From the NCBI GenBank assembly GCA_963806715.1, contig CAWEAV010000033.1:9501-73500 (forward strand): DNA of 64,000 nucleotides, written 5' to 3'. A program made the translations under genes and the position numbers. Positions 50,783 through 64,000 of this stretch are shown here, piece after piece. Origin of the DNA: an uncultured delta proteobacterium (GTDB lineage: Bacteria > Desulfobacterota > BSN033 > UBA1163). The notes under the pieces were generated by a model. That model saw nothing but the letters and a program-made list of their open reading frames with translations. It searched no databases and was not told the origin of the DNA. Numbering within the stretch: position 1 is the first letter of the stretch; the number at the start of each line of letters is the position of its first letter.

Positions 50783-52098
50783 GAGCAACCTGGATGAAAC
50801 GATTTTCCCTTTCTTTCTTTTGGCCCTTTTCATCTTATCCTCTGCCGTAGAGGCAAGGGTCTATCTCGATGTCAATGCCCCAACCCTCATTCAGATTCCG
50901 ATCGTCCTTCCAAAATGGAAGGCCGTTGATAAGACGCCTCCAACGCTTCCGCCAAGGGTTACGAAATCTTAGAAAATGACCTCACCCTCTCCGGCTTTTT
51001 CAGGGTGATCAATTTTGATCGCCTTCCTGCTCATCTTCAGAAAAAAGAGGGCATCCCGAGCACCCTCTATCTCCAGGAATGGATGCCTGCAGGTGGAGAG
51101 ATTCTGCTTGCCGGCCGAAACGACTCTGGAATCGGAGGGCCTCAATCTCAAATTGAAATTTCACCTCTTTGATCTTGTGGAACAAAAACATCTTGTTGGA
51201 AAACAGTATGAGGGACCCTATCCAGAATCTTCGAACGATGGTCCATCGGATGGCTGATGAGGTCATCCTTCAACTGACCGGAGAGAGGGGGGTCAACACG
51301 ACCAAGATTGCCTATGTGAACCTTCAGTCCGGAAACAAGGAAATCTTCGTCTCCGATATCGATGGTGCAAATATTAGACAGATCACCCAGAATCAATCGA
51401 TCAACATCTCTCCTGCCTGGACTCCGGATGGAAGAGGATTGCCTTCACCTCCTATCTCAAACGAAATCCGGATCTCTATCTCATCGATCTCGACGGGAAA
51501 AATCTGACCCGGTTTCTCTCCCACCCTGGCCTCAATACCTCTCCCTCCTGGTCACCCGATGGAAAGCAGATCGCCCTCATGCTCGGGATGGAGGGCAAAT
51601 CCGATATCTACCTTGTGGATGCCAGTGGAACAACCCGAGGAAACTGACCAAGGGGCACGGGAATGAGGCCTCGCCGACCTGGTCACCCGATGGGAAATGG
51701 ATTGCCTTTGTCTCAGATCGATCCGGTTCTCCCCAAATCTACGTCATGTCGGTGGAGGGATCGGAGGTTCGTCGGATCACCTTCGAAGGAAACTATAATA
51801 CCCAGCCTTCTTGGTCTCCGAAGGGGAATCGAATCGCCTTCTAATGGAAGAGCGGGAGGCCGATATACGATTTTTACAATCACGCCCGAAGGGGCTGGGC
51901 TTCAGCGATTGACTTCGAATGCGGGAGAGAATGAAAGCCCCTGTTGGTCTCCGGATGGCCGGTATATTGCTTTCAGTTCGACTCGGACCGGAGCTCCAAA
52001 GATTTTCATCATGCATGCCAACGGCCTCAACCCAAGACCTTTAACCCAAGCGAAAGGAGGTGAACTCAGCCCGGCCTGGTCCCGGCGATTTGATTAGA
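50783..52098 (+). CDS. tolB: Tol-Pal system beta-propeller protein TolB (multiple frame breaks)
   Basis: Signal peptide MKRFSLSFFW... and repeated SP.WSPDGK.IAF blades are spread over at least 6 ORF fragments in three frames. Confidence 0.7.
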
Positions 52099-52136
52099 GA
52101 AGAAAAAGAAAACCCATCGATCAAAGGAGGTCTATC

Positions 52137-52765
52137 ATGATTCGAAAAAGCTATCTCGTATTAGTCCTTGTCCTCTGCCTCGGACTGATCCTGTCAGGAT
52201 GTCCGAAGAAGACAGTCATGAAAGATGAACCCGCGGCCAAGAAGTCCGAGGAGGCAGCCAGACTGGAAGCAGAACGGGCAGCCAAGGAAAAAGCAGAGAG
52301 AGAGGCAGAGAGAAAAAGAAGAGGCAAGGATTAAAGAAGAGGAAGCCCAAGAGAGAAAAGAGAGAAGGAGTTTGAAAAGAGCCTGGTTGCAAAGAAACAG
52401 CCTGGCATCGAGGGAGAGGTCCTCGAAAGCAAACTCCTCAAAGATATCCATTTTGATTTTGATAGATATGACATGCGACTCAGGACGTAGAGGTTCTGAA
52501 GGATAACGCGGCCTTGCTCATGAAATATTCCACAGTGAAGATTCAGATTGAAGGTCACTGTGATGAACGGGGAACGGCAGAATATAACCTTGCCCTCGGA
52601 GAACGGAGGGCCAACAGTGCGAAGAAATATCTCGTCTCCCTTGGGATCCCTGCAGATCGCCTCTCCACCATCAGTTATGGAAAGGAGATGCCCTTGGACC
52701 CTGGGCATAATGAGGAGGCATGGGCTAAGAATCGAAGGGCCCACTTTATCATCCTATCGAAATAA
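52137..52765 (+). CDS. pal: Peptidoglycan-associated lipoprotein Pal (frame breaks in K/E-rich linker)
   Basis: Lipoprotein signal [12 protein letters not shown] at 52137. OmpA-like C-terminus ([31 protein letters not shown]) in the 52514-52765 ORF. The linker is read in other frames, with breaks at A-runs. Confidence 0.7.
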
Positions 52766-52927
52766 AAGAACGAAAGGTTTGAAAAGGTGCAACCATGAAA
52801 ATCTGCAATCCCCTTGTTTCCTTCTCCCAAAATGGGCGCCGCCGTTTAAAGCCAGATTTTGGTGCAGGGCGGACGATGGGGATTGGGATGTGGACCCACC
52901 TTTGGAGGTATTCCGATGCAAAAGGCG

Positions 52928-53877
52928 AAAATCATGAAGGCATGGATCATTCTTGCCATGGGTGTATTCCTTTGGGGATGCGCCACCAGCCAGGATGTCC
53001 GGATTCTCGACCGGGAGATAACCCAGCTCCAATCCCAGGTCAACACCCTTCAAAAGGAGAATCAGAGAGAGAAAGAAACCCACGGCAAGGAGGTCGACTG
53101 CGTTAAGAAATGAATGGAAGAATGACTTGAATACAGAATTCGAAGAAACTGCAGACGGACCTTCAACTCCAGCATCGAATCCCTGAATCGGATGTCCGAA
53201 TTCTTTCGACCGGGTTGGATGAGTATAAGGATTTTGCCAAACGGCCTTCAAAAGATGTTGAGCGCGTCAGGGAAGATGTGATCCTCCGGACGAGAGTTCT
53301 CGAAGAAAGGGGGAAGATCTTAGAAGAAAAGAACAGGACCCAGGAGGAACGAACCAAGGCCCTGGAGGAGAAGATCAGGGCCATGGAGGACCGTCTCAAG
53401 GGCATGGAAGCCAAGGTTGATTCAGTAGCCTCCAAACAAACCGAGGCTGAGAAGGCGGCGACGATGGCAAAGGAAGCCGCTTCGGAGATGAAAGGCCCTG
53501 CCACCGGGATGGGCGAGGTCTATAAAGATGCTTACGAAACCTATCAAAAGGGAGATATTGAGGGGGCCCGGAGAAAATTCGAGGCCTTTCTCAAACAGTA
53601 CCCGAATACGAGCCTCTCCAATAATGCCCAGTTTTGGATTGGAGAAACTTACTATGCGAAGAAAGACTTTGAGAAGGCCATCCTGGAATATGAAAAGGTA
53701 ATCGCCAAATACCCTGAAGGAGATAAGGTTCCGGCAGCCTTACTCAAGCAGGCTTTTGCCTTTTTCGAACTCGGAGATAAGACGAATGGCAGGAACCTCC
53801 TTCGGCGGGTGATTGAACGATATCCTCAATCCGAGCAGGCGGAGATCGCCAAAAAGCGACTGGAAGCTATGAAATGA
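52928..53877 (+). CDS. cpoB: Tol-Pal system protein CpoB/YbgF (coiled coil plus TPR), frame break near 53110-53215
   Basis: Lipoprotein-like N-terminus (MKAWIILAMGVFLWGC) and coiled coil (52859-53113 ORF), then TPR-like YbgF C-terminus (WIGETYYAKKDFEKAILEYEKVIAKYP). Confidence 0.65.
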
Positions 53878-54499
53878 GAAATTGGAAAGGTGGGAAGGTA
53901 AGCGTCCCTTCCTACCCTCCGTTCTTGCTCTACGTTGGTCTACGCTGAAAATCGATTTCATCCCTAAACGGGCCGGAGAAGAAGGGTCAAAAAAAAGAAT
54001 CCACCAAATTGATTAAACTTGGTGGATTCTAACGAGGAGGAAAGAGTAAGATACTCTTTTAAAAAAGATAATACATTTTCATTAGAGGAAGATTAAAATC
54101 GAATTAAAGTTTTCTAATCTCTTTCAGGTGGAATTTTTGATAAATACTCATTAGCCCATATTGGGAGAGAGAATCTTTGACACCAACCTTTTCCTTCCTT
54201 AGATCCAATTCGCGGAATGGACACCAAGAGAAGTTATTTTCTTGACATCTCCATAAAAGTTCCATAGACTGACTCCATTATTACAACCCGCGGTAAATTC
54301 CAGTTAACAAATCAACCTAACAACACAACCTCCAACCATTAGGAGAGTATTATGCGGGGAATATTCCAAAAGGTGCCAATCTGATGCCTCCGAGGGTCGG
54401 TGTGCCCCTTGGAGGGTTTTGCTTTTTAATCCGACAAGGCCGAGCACGCCACTGTTAGGACAAGGATTCAAATATTTTTAAAGAACAAAGACAGCGTCA

Positions 54500-54853
54500 A
54501 TGGTTTACAAAGTGAGTCAGTCCTTTGAGAAGCGTAAGAGTCCAAGGATAAATTGGATCAATTTGGAAGTGCAGGTAGTCTTAAAATCTATCCATACCGA
54601 TTCCAAAATTCTGGGATGGATTAAAGATATCTCTCGAGGGGGATTCAAGGTAAGAGCTGAAACTCCTCCGAATTCTAAGGGTCTTTTCCAGAAATGGAAT
54701 GAGTTTTATTTTGAAACATTTGAAAATTTTTTTGAGATTAAAGGGCAAGGGAGGATCGTCTGGAGTTCCTCGATGGAGATTGGAATTAAGTTCAATCAAC
54801 TTGATAAAGAAAGCAGAAGGTTCGTTGATGGGTTTTTAGGCATATTTCCATAA
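54500..54853 (+). CDS. PilZ-domain protein
   Basis: 117 aa; RKSPRIN ... GWIKDISRGGFKV (RxxxR / DxSxxG c-di-GMP-binding motifs). Confidence 0.65.
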   Translation: MVYKVSQSFEKRKSPRINWINLEVQVVLKSIHTDSKILGWIKDISRGGFKVRAETPPNSKGLFQKWNEFYFETFENFFEIKGQGRIVWSSSMEIGIKFNQLDKESRRFVDGFLGIFP

Positions 54854-54881
54854 TGATGATTGGCAATATTATATCTAAATA

Positions 54882-56200
54882 CATGACTGTCCAATTAATG
54901 GATGAATAATTCCAACTGGTTGTCGCACATCTCCTCCGGGATTGTGTAGGATTGATGCGAGAGAGCCTGTAGAATGGGCCTTTTCTCGAACAGCGATACG
55001 CTCAAAATCTGTAGAATTGTGTAGAGCGAGGTATCTTCCAGGTGCAGGCGTTTCTTGACGATGGCAACCAGAACGTAGACGCTCACCGCTATGAAGATCT
55101 GCGTCTTGACCGCGTTTTCGCTCGTTCCGAAGAAGGATTTGATCCGCAGGTGCTGCTTTATCCAGCGAAAGAACAGTTCGACCTGCCAGCGGCAACGGTA
55201 GAGTTGTGCTATGGTGAGAGCTGGGACCACATGGTTGTTGGTCAAGAAACGCAGTCGTTTTCCCGTATCGGGATCGACAAAATGAACCAGGCGCAGTTTG
55301 TCGGGGTAATCCCTGAGGGAGTAGAAGCCTGAAAGGACGATGGTCTGGTCGCAGCGCAGTCCAGTGCTTTTGTTCACCGGCCAGGAATAGAGGCGGCGGT
55401 AGCGAGTATTGCTCTTGATGCGTGTGACGAAAAATGCCGCATGCCTTGTCATCACATACAGTCGGGCAAAATCCAGATAGCCCCGATCCAGAATATAGAA
55501 CGATCCCGCCTCGACAGGCAGGAGGTCCAAGGCATTGACGTCGTGGACGGAGGCGGAGGTCACGTGAACCCAGCAGGGGACATTGCCTCTTAGGTCTAAT
55601 AGTGTGTGGGCCTTCACGGCCGCCTTGGTCTTGCGGAACGAGGCCCAGGGGAAAAGTGATAGGCACAGGTCGATGGTCGTAGAGTCGAAGGCGTACGCGG
55701 TATGCGAAAGCTCCACGCCAAGCTCGTCGTTGTGGTATAGTTCTCGTGCCGCACCGATCAAGACTTGCGCTAAGTCGGCCCAGATGCGCCAGTCGCGGCG
55801 CTCGTTGGCGTGGGCAAGTGTGCTCTTGGACACCTTGCCACGAATGCCCATGTGATAAAGCTTGGCCGGATGAGCCCGGAGGCAACACTCGATATCTCGC
55901 AGACTCTCGCGGTATGCAAGTTGAGCAAATGCCATGCAGAGGAATTGATCCATGCACGAAAATGATTTGACGTATCGCTCTCCGACATATCGAGCCACAC
56001 AGGCCGAAAATTCCTTGTGGGGCAAGAACTTCATCACTTGCGAGAAGATCGTCCGTCCTCGGTTCATGTGCCGCCTCCCGGTGGTTTCCGGGATTATGGC
56101 TCATTCCGAGGTTGAAATCGTTCCCGTTCTCGATGTCGGAATAGTCACTCATTCTCAATCACTTATCCCGTTTGCGGGAATCTTTCCTTGGACGGCCGTG
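54882..56200 (-). mobile_element. IS4-family insertion sequence with 9 bp target-site duplication ATCTAAATA
   Basis: Direct repeats ATCTAAATA at 54873-54881 and 56201-56209. Imperfect terminal IRs CATGACTGTCCAATTAA / CACGGCCGTCCAAGGAA. GC-rich relative to flanks. Confidence 0.7.
54895..56067 (-). CDS. IS4-family DDE transposase (DUF4372-type N-terminus plus DDE_Tnp_1)
   Basis: 390 aa; FSQVMKFLPHKEF N-terminus and DDE region (FDSTTIDL...YILDRGYLDF...WQVELFFRWIKQHL). Confidence 0.8.
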   Translation of the reverse strand: MNRGRTIFSQVMKFLPHKEFSACVARYVGERYVKSFSCMDQFLCMAFAQLAYRESLRDIECCLRAHPAKLYHMGIRGKVSKSTLAHANERRDWRIWADLAQVLIGAARELYHNDELGVELSHTAYAFDSTTIDLCLSLFPWASFRKTKAAVKAHTLLDLRGNVPCWVHVTSASVHDVNALDLLPVEAGSFYILDRGYLDFARLYVMTRHAAFFVTRIKSNTRYRRLYSWPVNKSTGLRCDQTIVLSGFYSLRDYPDKLRLVHFVDPDTGKRLRFLTNNHVVPALTIAQLYRCRWQVELFFRWIKQHLRIKSFFGTSENAVKTQIFIAVSVYVLVAIVKKRLHLEDTSLYTILQILSVSLFEKRPILQALSHQSYTIPEEMCDNQLELFIH

Positions 56201-56215
56201 ATCTAAATAGAATTT

Positions 56216-56857
56216 TCATTTGTTTAAATAAATTTCAATTCTTTCTTTACCCTTGCCAACATTTTTACGCTTTAGCTCGATCTCTCCAATTTCGCCTGTT
56301 TTCCTCAGGTGAGTCCCTCCGCAAGGAACCCGTGAAAATCCCCGAATTTCCCAATATCTTTCCTCTTTTTCTTCATCACTGAAAGCACTAATGATTTCTT
56401 GATTCGCCTCAATAAGTCTAAGCGCTCCTTGCTTAATAACAGGGAACAAAGGCGAAATATTCTTATCCCATTTAAAGTCTATTCTTGCTTTATCTTGGGC
56501 GATATGTGCCCCAATTTTTTCAATGGCATCCAAATTCTGATACACCAGTTCCAATACAATTTCTGCCGCAAAATGCAATCGCATCAGCTTGTATCGTCTT
56601 TCCCAGTCGATCTTCATCCCTACTTGATCCCCAGACTTTAAGCCATGATCATTTTCCAGGGTATATACAATCTCTTTATCCTCCTTGCGAGCCTGGAGGA
56701 CGCGATGATTTCCGATTGTTCCATGATCACTCTCTTGCCCTCCAGAGAAAGCATAGAAGATCGTTTGTTCAACGGTAATGTCATTCTCTCTCATATTCGC
56801 AATGTGCGTTTCGAACTGAGTTAAATATGGGTCTTCCCAAAATATCTTTTTTGTCAT
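56216..56857 (-). CDS. Alanyl-tRNA editing protein AlaX-like (AlaXM)
   Basis: Start probably MTKKIFWEDPY. Zinc-binding editing motifs HTAYAFD..., H...CGGTHLRKTGEIG. Confidence 0.65.
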   Translation of the reverse strand: MTKKIFWEDPYLTQFETHIANMRENDITVEQTIFYAFSGGQESDHGTIGNHRVLQARKEDKEIVYTLENDHGLKSGDQVGMKIDWERRYKLMRLHFAAEIVLELVYQNLDAIEKIGAHIAQDKARIDFKWDKNISPLFPVIKQGALRLIEANQEIISAFSDEEKEERYWEIRGFSRVPCGGTHLRKTGEIGEIELKRKNVGKGKERIEIYLNK

Positions 56858-57012
56858 ATGAACGCTTTCGTAACGGATGTTTGATTCAAGGGGGATACCC
56901 CTGATTAAGAACGTTTGATTGTTTCGATTTTCTATTATGGAAGAGGCCCATTCCATGAGGTAATTGGAATGGGCCTCTTCATCCATTTACTAAAATTGTT
57001 TCTTCGTCACTC

Positions 57013-61166
<4,154 letters not shown>

Positions 61167-61233
61167 TTATAACGCAAAGCGCCATGAGCATAGCGTATAG
61201 TGATAATTTTTCTGATTCGATCTTTGAGCTTTA

Positions 61234-64000
<2,767 letters not shown>

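Noticed and set aside
54875-56158. 427 aa ORF overlapping the IS4 transposase in another frame
   Set aside because: Arg/Pro-rich shadow ORF of the GC-rich IS; the transposase frame carries the DDE motifs.

Overview
This 64 kb bacterial chromosomal window (overall GC about 48%, Gram-negative-type content) mixes housekeeping genes with accessory DNA. I found no CRISPR array and no rRNA.

Housekeeping content, in coordinate order:
- Partial WYL/YafY-type regulator (runs off the window start), a DUF72 protein and HU.
- Four-subunit 2-oxoacid:ferredoxin oxidoreductase operon (korDABG-like, minus strand) next to NADP-isocitrate dehydrogenase; together these suggest a reductive-TCA type metabolism.
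- A cupin protein, then a GC-rich AAA+ ATPase divergent from an ExeA/GspA-like ATPase carrying LysM and SPOR domains.
- AhpD-like protein, YtxH protein, IHF/HU-like protein, tRNA-Gln(CUG), hisS, phosphomannomutase/phosphoglucomutase and uvrC.
- SWIM-SNF2 helicase, uvrB, a membrane polyferredoxin, a Tat-exported DUF362 protein, a beta-propeller protein, groES-groEL and tolB-pal-cpoB.
- A PilZ protein, an AlaX-like editing protein, rpoC and the 3' part of rpoB.

Accessory content:
- A roughly 2.4 kb Tn5-like IS (GC about 58%) whose transposase carries an extra N-terminal domain of about 290 aa. It sits beside a truncated tyrosine integrase, a tRNA-Leu 3'-half fragment and an aspartase C-terminal remnant, consistent with a decayed integrative element.
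- A six-gene minus-strand cluster at 17.0-21.2 kb: PD-(D/E)xK nuclease-like protein, two unknown proteins, a SatD-like protein with nucleotide-cyclase metal-binding motifs, a DUF3307 7TM protein and a standalone Lon-like S16 domain. This is my best candidate for an undescribed signalling or defence-like system.
- An island at 30.6-38.5 kb: vapBC, an HNH endonuclease with two in-frame stops, a relE/parE-abrB toxin-antitoxin pair, a short tyrosine-recombinase-like ORF, a zinc-ribbon protein with a nucleoside-2-deoxyribosyltransferase/TIR-like domain, and an 80 bp promoter-like repeat.
- A second IS4-family IS flanked by a 9 bp target-site duplication.

Two copies of a roughly 200 nt imperfect-palindromic element lie in the 5' leaders of icd and the phosphomutase gene.

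Sequence quality caveat: several essential genes (groEL, rpoB, rpoC, uvrC, tolB, pal) show frame breaks, some at homopolymers. The sequence therefore very likely contains indel errors, and frameshift-based pseudogene calls are unsafe.
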